NCBI GenBank assembly: GCA_963774265.1
Contig: CAVZDU010000002.1
Location: 32,001 to 96,000 of the forward strand
Length of the DNA: 64,000 nucleotides
Direction of reading: 5' to 3'
Origin: an uncultured Chloroflexia bacterium
Lineage (GTDB): Bacteria; Chloroflexota; Anaerolineae; CG2-30-64-16
A model generated the notes under the pieces. That model saw nothing but the letters and a program-made list of their open reading frames with translations, was not told the origin of the DNA and did no database searches. Of this stretch, positions 53,315-64,000 are shown piece after piece. A program made the position numbers and the translations under genes. Within the stretch, counting starts at the first letter, position 1; every line of letters starts with the position of its first letter.

Positions 53315-54523
53315 CTAGACCCTCTTCTCTCTGAATAGCGCTTCGTATTGGTCAACCGTGTGCTTCAGCTCGAAAGTGCGCATAATCTCGTCGCGCGGCT
53401 TGCCGTATTTCTGCGGATCCTTCAGCACCTTGACGATGCCCTCGGCCAGACCGTGCGCGTCGGCAATGGGGACGATCTCACCCATCCCGGTCATCGTCAC
53501 GGGCTGGCGTACCCCGGGCAGGTTGGTGGCGACGACGGGCGTGCCGCACATAAATGATTCAACCTGAACCAACCCGAACGACTCGGTGTTATTGATCGAC
53601 GCGACGGTAATGACATCGCAGACGGCGAAGAAATTCGCCATCTGCTCCGGGTTCAACGTCCCGAGGAACGTCAGGTACGGTTGATACTGCCTGATCAGCG
53701 ATTGCATATCGTCCCAGATGGTCTCGCCAATGACGTCCCTGCCATAGGGCCCGGCAAAGACGACGCGGATGGCCGGCAATTCCTTAAGGATCTGCGGGAT
53801 CGCGTTGATCAGATAGCCCGCGCCCTTCTCGTAGGCAAAGCGCGCAGCGAACCCAATGACCTTCTCATGGCCGTTCAGACCAATGCGTTGACGCAAAGAT
53901 GCGATGCCCTCTGGGGTAGGATCGGGGATGATCACGGGGGGCAAGATGACCCTGACTTTGCCTTTTGGGTGCACTATTTGGGCATTGGTTTGTGGCTCAT
54001 TGCGTGCGCTCAGCGCCGATCCAGCGAAGCGCGACAGGAACGGGCTGTGCCGTGCGAAGTCCTCCGTATAGGCCACGATGGTGTCAGCCAACTTGCCGGC
54101 CATCACATTATCCCAGAAGGTTACCGCATTGACGACCTTGCCGTACCAGACGGGCGGCATCTCAAGGTCGCAGTGGTAGGTGAGAAGCGGCTTGCGCCCA
54201 CGGATACGCGCCAGCAGGGCCGACAAGGCGGCCTCGATCTGCGGCAGGTGGATGCTTACCACGCCCGACCGGCCAATCTCGCGCCAGGCGTACGTCACGA
54301 AGTTGGCCATGAATACGCCCTTGTTGAAGCGGAACCAAACAGGCACGCGCACGACGCGAACACCATCGAGAATCTCTTCGGCAGACAGGTCCCGGTTGTA
54401 GCGCGAGGTCAGAATGGTGACGTCATGCCCCCGCGCGGCCAAGGCTCGAGCCAAACGCTCCACGTAGATCGTCAAGCCGCTCACATGCGGCCGATAATAG
54501 GTGAGAATAAAAAGGATCTTCAC
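53315..54523 (-). CDS. GT4 family glycosyltransferase
   Basis: MKIL....YY.PHVSG, RFAYEKG and ESFGLVQVESF.CGTPVVAT motifs. Confidence 0.92.
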   Translation of the reverse strand: MKILFILTYYRPHVSGLTIYVERLARALAARGHDVTILTSRYNRDLSAEEILDGVRVVRVPVWFRFNKGVFMANFVTYAWREIGRSGVVSIHLPQIEAALSALLARIRGRKPLLTYHCDLEMPPVWYGKVVNAVTFWDNVMAGKLADTIVAYTEDFARHSPFLSRFAGSALSARNEPQTNAQIVHPKGKVRVILPPVIIPDPTPEGIASLRQRIGLNGHEKVIGFAARFAYEKGAGYLINAIPQILKELPAIRVVFAGPYGRDVIGETIWDDMQSLIRQYQPYLTFLGTLNPEQMANFFAVCDVITVASINNTESFGLVQVESFMCGTPVVATNLPGVRQPVTMTGMGEIVPIADAHGLAEGIVKVLKDPQKYGKPRDEIMRTFELKHTVDQYEALFREKRV

Positions 54524-55545
54524 GCAAACAAATCCCGATTCTGGTTTACCCAGGTAATCAGGCGCGCCACACCTGCCGCCACGGTCACCTGTGGCGACCA
54601 GCCAAACTCACGCCGGGCCCTGGCCACATTGGCAACAAACACGGGTTGGTCGCCCGGGCGCGGGGGCTTGAAGGAGGCCGGGACGATCTCGCGACCCACC
54701 AACTCCGCCAACAATGGCCCAAACTCAGCCCAGATGCTCAGCGTGTTGGCCGGCCCGCCACCCAGGTTGTACACCTGTCCCCTGGTTATGTCAATGCGCT
54801 CAGTTGCTATCCGAAACGCTGCCACCAGGTCATCCACGTGCAACAGATCGCGCACCTGCTTGCCGTCGCCGTAGATAGTGATCGGCTTGCCAAGCACGGC
54901 CGCGATGACAAACCAAGCCACCCAGCCCTGATCCTCGACACCCATCTGGCGTTGCCCGTAGATGCAGGATTGCCTGAACACAACGCTGCGCAGACCATAG
55001 ATGCGCGCATAGTCGCGGACGTATTGATCGGCGGACCCCTTGCTGCAGCCGTAGGGACTATGGAAATCCAGGGGCCTGTCCTCCCCTACCCCATCGGGGT
55101 AGGAGGGCAGGACATAGCGCGTCCGCTGCTCGACCGCAACCGCGTCTTCCATCCCGCCATAGACCTTGTTCGTCGACGAATAGATGAAAATTGGGTTATT
55201 CGCCGCCCGGCGCGCAGCCTCGAGGACATTGAAGGTGCCCAGCGCATTGATCTCAAAATCAGGGCGCGGGTCGGTCACCGAAGTGGTTACGGCCGTCTGT
55301 GCGGCCAGGTGGTAAATGGCCTCCTGGCCGTCTGCAGCAGCGAACATCGCGTCCGCATCGCGGATGTCGGCCTGGACGAAATCGAAGCCCAGCTCGCCGT
55401 GGCGCCCTCGCAACCACGCCAGGTTCGCACCACTGCCGCGCCGCGATAGGTTGTCCAGCAGCGTTACCCTGTGCCCGTCATTGATGCACGCGTCGGCCAG
55501 GTTACACCCAATGAAGCCGGCCCCGCCTGTGATGAGGATACGCAT
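54520..55545 (-). CDS. NAD-dependent epimerase, CDP-paratose 2-epimerase (RfbE/Tyv)-like
   Basis: ITGGAGFIG, YSSTNKVYG, PLDFHSPYGCSKG.ADQYVRDY and EDQGWVAWF motifs. Confidence 0.88.
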   Translation of the reverse strand: MRILITGGAGFIGCNLADACINDGHRVTLLDNLSRRGSGANLAWLRGRHGELGFDFVQADIRDADAMFAAADGQEAIYHLAAQTAVTTSVTDPRPDFEINALGTFNVLEAARRAANNPIFIYSSTNKVYGGMEDAVAVEQRTRYVLPSYPDGVGEDRPLDFHSPYGCSKGSADQYVRDYARIYGLRSVVFRQSCIYGQRQMGVEDQGWVAWFVIAAVLGKPITIYGDGKQVRDLLHVDDLVAAFRIATERIDITRGQVYNLGGGPANTLSIWAEFGPLLAELVGREIVPASFKPPRPGDQPVFVANVARARREFGWSPQVTVAAGVARLITWVNQNRDLFA

Positions 55546-55547
55546 CG

Positions 55548-56624
55548 TTATGTCACCTTTGACTCATTATTGACAGCCTGCGGCCGATTCTCGCCCCGTG
55601 CACGCCATTTGGCAACGACCTGGCCAATGGAGGTGCCGTGGATCCAAAGCATAATCATTCCGGTCAGGCTCAGCACGATGTAGTTCACTGCGTGCCAGAT
55701 CAGTGCAATGCTCATGGCGGTCGTCTCGGGAATGCCGAAAGGCCGCAGAGCCTCAATCACCAGAAAGTGGAAGACACCGATGTAGCCCGGCGACGACGGT
55801 GCGACCATGCCCAATGAAGTCAGGACTACAGCGAAAACCATCCCGGTGAAGGGCACGTCCGCCTGCACCGCCATCCGTACAGTCCACGATTCGCCGATGA
55901 CCGCCGCCCAGGCTGCAAATGAGAGCAAGATCAGGGCGGGGCCCCGGCGCCCGCGCAGGGCAGCAAACCCGTCAATCACGTGTTCAATGGACGCATAGAC
56001 ACTGGGCCTATCGAGGAAACGGATGCGGCCAAGGATGCGGTGCGCCCAGCCGAGGATCCGCCCCTTCCAAAACGAGAGCACTACAATGACCGCGGTGGCA
56101 GCCAGAGCGCCGATGCCGAGGACTTGTGCAGAACGCATCATCCACGACGGAAGCTCAATGAAGGGAAGCAGCGCCACCATCACGACGAGCAGAGACAGGA
56201 GGTCAAGAAGACGCTCCACCACGATGGTTGACAATGCCCTGGCTCCACCCACCGGCTGGTCACTCGCCAGAAGAACCAGACGCACCAGCTCGCCCACACG
56301 ACCCGGGAAGATATTGCTCGCCAGATAGCCAGCAGATTGTGCGGTGAAGATCGCGCCAAACGGCACCCGGTGCTCGGGCAAAAATAGGATCTGCCATCGC
56401 CATGCCTTGATAAGTCCCATGATCGTGATGCCCAGGATCGCAGGAACCACCCAAATCCAGCGCGCTGCGGCCAGCGCGGCCCATAATTCGGCAAAATCGA
56501 TGCCACGAAGCGCCAGCCACAAACACCCCAGGCTGATCGACACTTCCAGGCCACGCTGAAGCCACGCGCGCGATTTGCGCGGCGCGGCTGCCGGCAGGGC
56601 ATCTTCGGATGTTGTATCCGTCAA
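55548..56624 (-). CDS. Lysylphosphatidylglycerol-synthase TM-domain / AglD2-like flippase family protein
   Basis: AWRWQIL, N.FPGRVGELVR, VVERLLD and PSSPGYIG.F motifs. Confidence 0.88.
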   Translation of the reverse strand: MTDTTSEDALPAAAPRKSRAWLQRGLEVSISLGCLWLALRGIDFAELWAALAAARWIWVVPAILGITIMGLIKAWRWQILFLPEHRVPFGAIFTAQSAGYLASNIFPGRVGELVRLVLLASDQPVGGARALSTIVVERLLDLLSLLVVMVALLPFIELPSWMMRSAQVLGIGALAATAVIVVLSFWKGRILGWAHRILGRIRFLDRPSVYASIEHVIDGFAALRGRRGPALILLSFAAWAAVIGESWTVRMAVQADVPFTGMVFAVVLTSLGMVAPSSPGYIGVFHFLVIEALRPFGIPETTAMSIALIWHAVNYIVLSLTGMIMLWIHGTSIGQVVAKWRARGENRPQAVNNESKVT

Positions 56625-56653
56625 GCGGTTCCTCCAGGACAGAACGACAGTAG

Positions 56654-56682
56654 ATTATAGCACCGGCGCGCAGGGCGACAAA
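56654..56682 (-). promoter_or_regulatory. Extended -10 promoter at the head of the glycosylation cluster
   Basis: Minus strand TG-C-TATAAT (56662-56654) with a TTGTCG-like -35, 30 nt upstream of the flippase start. Confidence 0.6.
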
Positions 56683-56711
56683 GAACGTGGCGACTTACCG
56701 AGAAGGGCTCG

Positions 56712-58284
56712 CTAGCGATTCCGCGGGAAGCTAGCAGGCGGGTAGTTGGGGAGCACCCACATGATTTTGCCAGGCACCGAGCGCGGTTCAAGCACGTAGA
56801 CGTCGACCCACCAATGCCAGGACTCATAGTCGTGATCTTCATAGCCCAGATCGATCCACTTGCCACGCACGCCGCCCCCAGTATCCGCGGCAAGCGCCTT
56901 GCCGTAGCCAGAAATATAAAGGGGTGTATGGAAAGGGATCACCTTTGGGTCAATGGCGACTAAGCCTTTGCGCAGCGTCATGCCGGTGCGGGTGCGACCG
57001 TACCAGGGAGCGCTCGTTGGCGTGCCGGAGCGGGCAGGCGAATATGATGTCGCGTACATGCGAATCTTGCGCCAATAAGTGACTGGGCCGTCCGGCGTAT
57101 CCAGGGTGCGCGCAACCAGCATCCGACCATAAGCCAACATGCGGGTGACAGGCGCAGCAGCCTGCCATTCGTCGACGAGGGTGCGGGACACTTCCGACCC
57201 ATCCTCGTAGCGAACCTTCGAGCGTTTGCGATACTCGCCGTTTTTGCCTGCCTGAGCCAACCGCTGATGATCGATCTCGAGGGTATCGTCCGGAACCGAG
57301 ATCGACTCAAATGGGATGTCCTCGCTCTCAACGAGCGTCACCTCGGACACGCGGATGACCTTGACCTGCGTATGGTCGACCAGGGCTTCATGCAAGGCAG
57401 GCGTCACCACGTCCATGCCGGCAACCATGATGCCCAGATCCATCAAGGCGCCCCCGACGGTTTCACCACGCGTGCGCGTTTGAATCGTACGGCCATCAGC
57501 AGAAACGATTATGGGCTTTGACCTCTGGATGTAGATCCGCATGCCAGGATTGATGCGCGATCCCAGGCTGGGCTGCACGCGATCACCCAGGTAGAGCGTC
57601 ACAGACTCGCGCAACAATGCGTCGCCCACCGTGGCAGCGGTCGTAAAGAGCGTGTAGGGCACGCTTCCGTCATCCACAGTAATGGACACCGCGCGGTGAA
57701 TGGCAAGGTGGACAGGGGCCGGCCCGGGGCCGTCCCACCTGTGACCGACGGGCAAGCCCCCAGCCGCTTCCTCCCGCGTGACCGGCGGCAGGGCCGTGTC
57801 AACGCTGACTATTTGCCCATCCAGAAGCACTTCATCCTGGGGTGAAACAACGATGCCCGCGGCAGCCAAAAAGCCGCCCACGGTTTCCTCGAGCGTAAAC
57901 ACCTCACTCAATCGCCCATCGCTGCTCACGAGTCCACGCCGCCGCACGTTCGATCGTGACGCGCAGTCCAGGCAACAGAGATGTGTCCCAGCCAGGAGAG
58001 AGGCGATCTTCAGGTCGAAGGGAGAGACCCAAGTCGGCCAGCAGCCCGCCCACATCGTCACGCGAGCTCCGCACGACCTCGGCTGCTCCGTCGACGCTCA
58101 CTGAGATGGGGACGCCGAACAGACGAACCTGCCGCATCGCCCAGATGCCTGCCAGCGCGACCACACCCAGCGCGACCAACCACGCTGCAGAGGTCAGAAG
58201 CCGGCGAGGACCACGGGAGCTGCGCTCGGCCGTGATTCGGACGACCGATGGCGTAAAGGACGGGTCGGCGAAGTACTCGCTCAT
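56712..58284 (-). CDS. YabE-like protein with DUF348 repeats, G5 and 3D domains (frameshift near 57940)
   Basis: N-terminal TM helix; repeated TV...L...GI.....D.V.P units; G5 Q.GKNG; 3D domain ATSY, IAIDPKVIP, GYG.A.AADTGG.V.G..IDL. Confidence 0.85.
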
Positions 58285-58384
58285 ATTCGGGAAAGGGTCA
58301 GGTCAAGGTTCACCGGCATGGCAGGAACATGATAGCCGAGGAGAGTCTGACGGGCAAGTCAGAAGGCTGGCCGGCTCTTGACTA

Positions 58385-59322
58385 AGTATCTATCCGAAAA
58401 CTGCCATGTCGCATAGGATGCTGGCGCAAGCGAACTGGACGAAGGCCAGCCAGTTGCTGGACTTCTTGCACCAGCGGGTGCGCAGACTGCGCCGCTTGAC
58501 CAGCCAGCCCAGCGTGCGCTCGACCACCCAGCGCCGGGCTGGGTAAGCGTTCACCCGGCACAGGACACGGATCTGGCGGCTCGTTCTTCCGCCGCCGGTG
58601 CTTGATGTGCGGGACGTAGCCTTGGCTCAGCACGACATCGAACACGTCGTCGTAGTCGTAGCCCTTGTCAGCGCAGAAGTGCTGCTCGCTGGTCGGGCGC
58701 TTGACCGCGATGTGGAACACCAAGTGCGCCACAGACCACTTGTCGTGTTGGTTGGCGCCACTGACGTGAAGCGCCAGCGGCGCACCCCGCTGATCGACCA
58801 GGATGTGGATCTTGGAGCCCAACTTGGCCCGATCCGTCGGGTTTTTGCCCGTATCGGAGCCGCCCAAGGGCGCAGCGCACGAGCGGCTGTCAACCGCTTG
58901 CCACTGCCACTGGATGTGGCGCTCACGACGGTAGAACTTGACCAGCGTCGAAAGACCCGGTCCCAGACGCCCTGCTCTTGCCAGGTCTGGAACCGCTCAT
59001 GCAAGACGCTGCTCGACACGCCGAACCAGTCGCGGTGGACGGCCTTCCACTGGCAGCCGGTCCACAACACGTACCAGATGCCGTTCAACACGGCCCGATT
59101 GCCCATCCGTGGCCGGCCTGGCCGGCGCTGTTTCGGCTCGGCGGCAAATGCCGTTTCACTTACGCCACAGGTTGCGTGGCACTTGGTGATAATTCGGCGT
59201 TTGCGGCTTTGTGGTAGTATGTCTGGGCAAGGCGCACCTCCGCCGTTTGTGAGTCTTTGACAACCCACTTATAGCGGAGTGCGCCTTTCGGCTCAACTCC
59301 TACAAGTTTTCGGATAGGTTCT
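58385..59322 (-). mobile_element. IS5-family insertion sequence (~940 bp) with a frameshifted transposase (start ~59230)
   Basis: TIRs AGTATCTATCCGAAAACT and AGTTTTCGGATAGGTTCT (16/18 match). Transposase motifs GRPR, I.YVL.TGCQW, VDS, NPTDRAK.GSK.H, ADKGYD, RWVVER. Confidence 0.9.
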
Positions 59323-59347
59323 ACGCCAGACCGCCCATATAAGGATA

Positions 59348-60370
59348 TCAGATCATGCCTATTCCAGCGATCGGCGTCGCGCAGAAGGCGCATTTGCCAT
59401 CAGCCAGGTTGCGGCGACCAAGATGGTAGCCGGTGCGCTCGACGACGAGCTTGCCGCAGCCAGGGCAGAAAGTGTTCTCTGTCTGGTGACCAGGCAGGTT
59501 GCCGACGTAGACGTATTGCAGGCCGGCCTCTTTGCCGATCCGGTACGCGGCCTCGAGTACGCTCGCGGGTGTGGGCGGTGTGTCGGCCATATGATACTGC
59601 GGGAAGAACCGGCTGATGTGCCACGGCGTATCGGGCCCCACCTCATCGACCAGGTACTTCGCGACCCATCGGAGCTCGTCATCCGTGTCGTTCAGCCCGG
59701 GGATAACCAGGGTGGTCACCTCAAGCCAGATGTTGTGCTTACGCAGGAGCTTAAGGTTATTCAACACCGGCTGGAGACCCGCGCCGGAGATGCGACGGTA
59801 GAATTCTCCCCTTCCTGCCTTGAGATCCACGTTGATGCCGTCGATGAGGCCATCCATCAGGTCGATCAACTCAGGCGTCATATAGCCGTTGCTGACGAAT
59901 ACATTCTTGAGCCCCAAAGTCCTGGCTTCACGCGCACAATCCAACGCGTATTCGGCGAAAATGGTCGGTTCGGTGTAGGTGTAGGCGATAGATGCGCAAC
60001 CCTGGCGCCTTGCAGAGCGCGCGACATCGGCCGGCTTGAGGAGCGAGCCCATCAAGGCGCCTTCGCGCGGCATCTGCGAAATTTCCCAATTTTGGCAGAA
60101 GGCGCAGCGAAAATTACAGCCGGGCGTGGCGATCGAGAATGCGGTCGAGCCGGGCAGGAAGTGGAAAAGGGGCTTCTTCTCGATCGGGTCGACATGCTGC
60201 GAGATCGTGCGATCGTACACCAGAGTAAAGAGCTGACCGTCGACATTTTCACGCACGCAGCAAGCGCCGAGCTTACCGGGCGGGATCACGCAACGGTGGG
60301 CACACAGGTTGCAGCGGACGCGCTGGTCATCGGGCGCAAGCGGCTCCCAGAGAATCGCTTCGTGACGCAT
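59348..60370 (-). CDS. amrS: AmmeMemoRadiSam system radical SAM enzyme
   Basis: C.LC.H.C and G.C.VREN motifs, DPIEKKPLFHFLPG, CNFRCAFCQNW (CX3CX2C), AYTYTEP, GL.YVYVGN, C-terminal zinc finger. Confidence 0.93.
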   Translation of the reverse strand: MRHEAILWEPLAPDDQRVRCNLCAHRCVIPPGKLGACCVRENVDGQLFTLVYDRTISQHVDPIEKKPLFHFLPGSTAFSIATPGCNFRCAFCQNWEISQMPREGALMGSLLKPADVARSARRQGCASIAYTYTEPTIFAEYALDCAREARTLGLKNVFVSNGYMTPELIDLMDGLIDGINVDLKAGRGEFYRRISGAGLQPVLNNLKLLRKHNIWLEVTTLVIPGLNDTDDELRWVAKYLVDEVGPDTPWHISRFFPQYHMADTPPTPASVLEAAYRIGKEAGLQYVYVGNLPGHQTENTFCPGCGKLVVERTGYHLGRRNLADGKCAFCATPIAGIGMI

Positions 60371-60431
60371 GATTTACTCCTGATGCAGCCATCTTAGCAT
60401 CATTATGCAAATCTCGCCAGGGACCGAAGGC

Positions 60432-61871
60432 GTAACTGTTCAGCGTTACCCTTGACAGGGTGTGGCATGATTACGACATGACCGGGGATGAAGCGCAAGC
60501 CTTTGGGTATTTGCGAGCGGAGAATGCGGCGTTGCGGCAGCAGTTGGCGCTAGCTGTGGCGCGGATTATCGAGCTAGAGGCGCAACTGAACCAGCGCGGT
60601 GAGCCGCCGCCGTTCGTGAAGCCGAACCGGCCGCAGCCGACGGAGCCCAAGGGGCCGCGGAAAAAGCGGGCGGCGGAGCATAACACGTCCCGGAAGCGGT
60701 CGCAGCCGACGCGGATTGAGCGGCACGTGTTGGAGCATTGTCCGGACTGCGGCTATCGCTTGCGCGGCGAGAGCATCGCCTACACGCGGGAAGTGATCGA
60801 GTTACCGCCGCCCCAGCCGGTGGACGTGATCGAGCATCAGGTGATCAAGCGCTGGTGTCCGCATTGCGCGACGTGGCACAGCCCGAAGTTGGATCTGGGC
60901 GGTCAAGTGATCGGGCAGGGGCGGATCGGGGTGCGGGTGGCGAGTCTGGTGAGCTATTTGCGCACGACGTTGCGGCTGCCGTTTCGGGTGATTCAGAGCT
61001 ATCTGGCGACGCTGCACACACTTGCAGTTGAGTGTGGGGGAGCTCGTGGAATTGACCCATGCCGTGCGGCAGCAGTTGCAGCCGCAGGCCGACCAGCTCA
61101 AGGCCGCGGTGCAGACCAGCACGGTGACGCATGGCGATGAAACGAGTTGGCGGGAGAACGGTCAGAACGGTTACGCCTGGGCCTTTGTGACCGCTGGGCC
61201 CGCCGCGGTGCGCTACTTCGAGTTTGCGCACAGCCGGAGTCATCTGGTGGCGCAGCGCATTTTGGGCGCCGACTGGCGGGGTTGGCTGGTGACGGACTTC
61301 TATGCGGCGTACAATCTGATCCCCGGGCGCCATCAACGCTGCTGGGTGCATCTGCTGCGCGATCTGCACGACCTCAAACAGGCGCAGGCGGATAACCTGA
61401 AGTCGTGCAGTGGGCGACCGACGTGCGCAAGCTCTACGACGAGGCGCACACCTGGCTGGCGGCGCACCCGGCGCCGACGCTGGTGGAACGGCGCACGCGT
61501 ACGCCGACCTCTTCACCCGGGCCTGTCGCTTGGGCGAGCAGTATGCCCTGACCTATGACCACCCGTGTTGCACGCTGGCCAAGCGCTTGCTGCGCCACCA
61601 GGACGAGTTGTTCCAGTTCGTCTTGGTGCCCGGGTTACCGCCCGACAATAATCTGGCCGAGCGCAGCATCCGGCCGTTGGTCATCATGCGCAAGATCAGC
61701 GGCGGCTCCCGCAGTGCAGGAGGGCACCAAAACGCGCTTGACCTTGGCCAGCTGTGCTCCATACTTGGGCCGCCCGCAACCTCAATCCGTTCCTGGAATG
61801 CTTGCGGCCTTCCAGGCACCGACCGCCACCGCACCCCCATAAACTCCCTTACCCGAACGGTGAACAGTTAC
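60432..61871 (+). mobile_element. IS66-family (single-ORF, ISBst12-like) insertion sequence, 1440 bp, with an 8-bp TSD
   Basis: TIRs GTAACTGTTCAGCGTT and AACGGTGAACAGTTAC (15/16 match); TSD CCGAAGGC at 60424-60431 and 61872-61879. TnpC motifs CPDCG, HGDETSW, VTDFY.AY, QRCWVHLLR and NNLAERSIR are spread over frameshifted ORFs. Confidence 0.95.
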
Positions 61872-61885
61872 CCGAAGGCGCGGCT

Positions 61886-61914
61886 TTGACGCAAAGGGGC
61901 ATAGCGTGTAAGAT
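61886..61914 (+). promoter_or_regulatory. sigma70 promoter of selC
   Basis: TTGACG (61886-61891), 17 bp spacer, TAAGAT (61909-61914). Confidence 0.75.
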
Positions 61915-61921
61915 TGCCGGC

Positions 61922-62017
61922 GGGAGTGGTTGTCGTCCGGTGGCGGCCCCGGTCTTCAAAACCGGTGTGGGGCGGTAGGCCCGGCTCAGGTGAGTTCGAC
62001 TCTCATCCACTCCCGCC
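61922..62017 (+). tRNA. selC: tRNA-Sec (UCA)
   Basis: 8-bp acceptor GGGAGTGG/CCACTCCC; long D-stem; anticodon arm CCGGT-CTTCAAA-ACCGG; long variable arm; T-arm GTGAG-TTCGACT-CTCAT; G discriminator. Confidence 0.93.
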
Positions 62018-62123
62018 TTTTAGTAGGCGAGAGTTGGCTTTTTCGCCCCTCACTACTACAGGTTGTGGCATCCGTGACCATGCACAGGGAACGGAGGCGC
62101 AACCAATGTATACCACCCCCCAA

Positions 62124-62170
62124 GCAAAAAAGGGGGGGGTGCGTTACCCCCGTTCGGATCACGCACCCCC
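62124..62170 (-). terminator. Rho-independent terminator of the 67-aa gene
   Basis: Minus strand 10-bp stem GGGGGTGCGT...ACGCACCCCC followed by CCCTTTTTTGC. Confidence 0.65.
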
Positions 62171-62193
62171 AGCCGTTCACAGTCTCATCCGTG

Positions 62194-62397
62194 CTAAAGC
62201 TGCTTGATCTGGTTGCCGTTGAGACGCCAAATCGTATGCTTATCCATGACCGTGACGAAGGTCGTGTGCCCAACTGCCAACCGCGCTGCTGTTTGTGCCA
62301 TCTGGGGCGTTAGCCCGTCTGCTTCTTTGTACTGTGGCAGCGCCAGCGTTTCTGACCGTCGCGTGAATACCCCTGAGATCACAGTAACAGTCTTCAC
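62194..62397 (-). CDS. Small hypothetical protein (67 aa)
   Basis: GGAGG RBS 6 nt before a GTG start, a consensus promoter upstream and a terminator downstream. Confidence 0.7.
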   Translation of the reverse strand: MKTVTVISGVFTRRSETLALPQYKEADGLTPQMAQTAARLAVGHTTFVTVMDKHTIWRLNGNQIKQL

Positions 62398-62426
62398 GAG
62401 GTGCCTCCATTGATGTGATTGCTAAC

Positions 62427-62456
62427 ATTATACACCCTGAGCAACTTGTCTGTCAA
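62427..62456 (-). promoter_or_regulatory. Consensus sigma70 promoter of the 67-aa gene
   Basis: Minus strand TTGACA (62456-62451), 18 bp spacer, TATAAT (62432-62427). Confidence 0.75.
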
Positions 62457-62963
62457 TCACCCATCTGACATAGCAAATATTATTACAAGTCCCGTACTAC
62501 CCACGGCTCTATCCCCGGCCCGACATGCCGATGACCTCCACCGCCCTACCGCCCGGACAACAAAAAAAGCGGGGACAGCCGTCCTCTAACGTCGTAAAAC
62601 GACGCGAGTACGACCATCACCGCGCCTTATGGTTCAATCCCCAACGCCAGCATCCACACCATGACCGCAAAGCAGAAACGGTCCACATCAGGTTGTCCCC
62701 GGTCCGTGCCGCTATTCCCTTGGTGCCTGCCTGTTGTCCGGGCGGGTGACGCAGGTGACGTGGTGTGTGTGGCCCTGGCCGACTTCACCGCATGGTACGG
62801 GCCATTGCCTGACGTGGCCGACGACGCGCGGGGATGACGCTACAATGCCCACACCGGGCGGTAGGGCGCGCACAGGGCGTTTCAGTGTGGCAACGTGATC
62901 AATTTACCATGTGAGCGTGCAGGGCACGCGAGAATGGCAAGGACGCTTGGCGGTAGGGTGACG

Positions 62964-64000
<1,037 letters not shown>

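Noticed and set aside
58382-59325. Target-site duplication for the IS5 element
   Set aside because: The flanks (CTA/TAA on the left, TAC on the right) give no clean duplication. A TA target is possible but unsupported.
58385-61871. Composite transposon carrying amrS
   Set aside because: The flanking elements belong to different families (IS5 and IS66), and the IS66 has its own TSD, so these are independent insertions.
62480-62960. ORF 62525..62749 or an ncRNA in the gap before the methyltransferase
   Set aside because: No RBS, protein motif or recognisable RNA structure beyond a weak hairpin with an A-tract near 62560-62590.

Overview
A GC-rich bacterial chromosome segment, most likely from a Chloroflexota (Anaerolineae/Caldilineae-like) genome; this is inferred from gene content (Chlor_Arch_YYY/DUF2298 and TIGR03663-like proteins). 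The left half is mostly housekeeping: ctpA tail, smpB-ssrA, cysQ-like, mtnP, dsbA-like, a small waaL/gtrA/GT4 envelope locus, tex, mutS, a clostripain-like peptidase, glmS preceded by a glmS ribozyme that carries an unusual ~45-nt structured insertion, plsC, an rluB-cmk fusion, dac, secDF, a loop-less (CC-adding-type) tRNA nucleotidyltransferase and sucCD. Positions 29989-56624 hold a ~27-kb co-oriented cluster of seven large polytopic GT-C-type proteins. Three carry YYY/DUF2298 domains and two of those are fused to an N-terminal PMT-like module. The cluster also has a flippase-like protein, a CDP-tyvelose-epimerase-like SDR, a GT4 and a methyltransferase. It looks like an uncharacterised lipid-linked-sugar glycosylation or cell-envelope assembly system and is the best candidate for a novel system. 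The right end has a YabE-like G5/3D protein, an IS5, amrS, an IS66 with an 8-bp TSD, tRNA-Sec, a self-contained 67-aa orphan gene and a DNA methyltransferase-Mrr fusion, which may be the edge of an island at selC. About a dozen genes are split by frameshifts, including conserved sucD, which points to assembly indel errors. All product calls come from motif recognition, not database searches.
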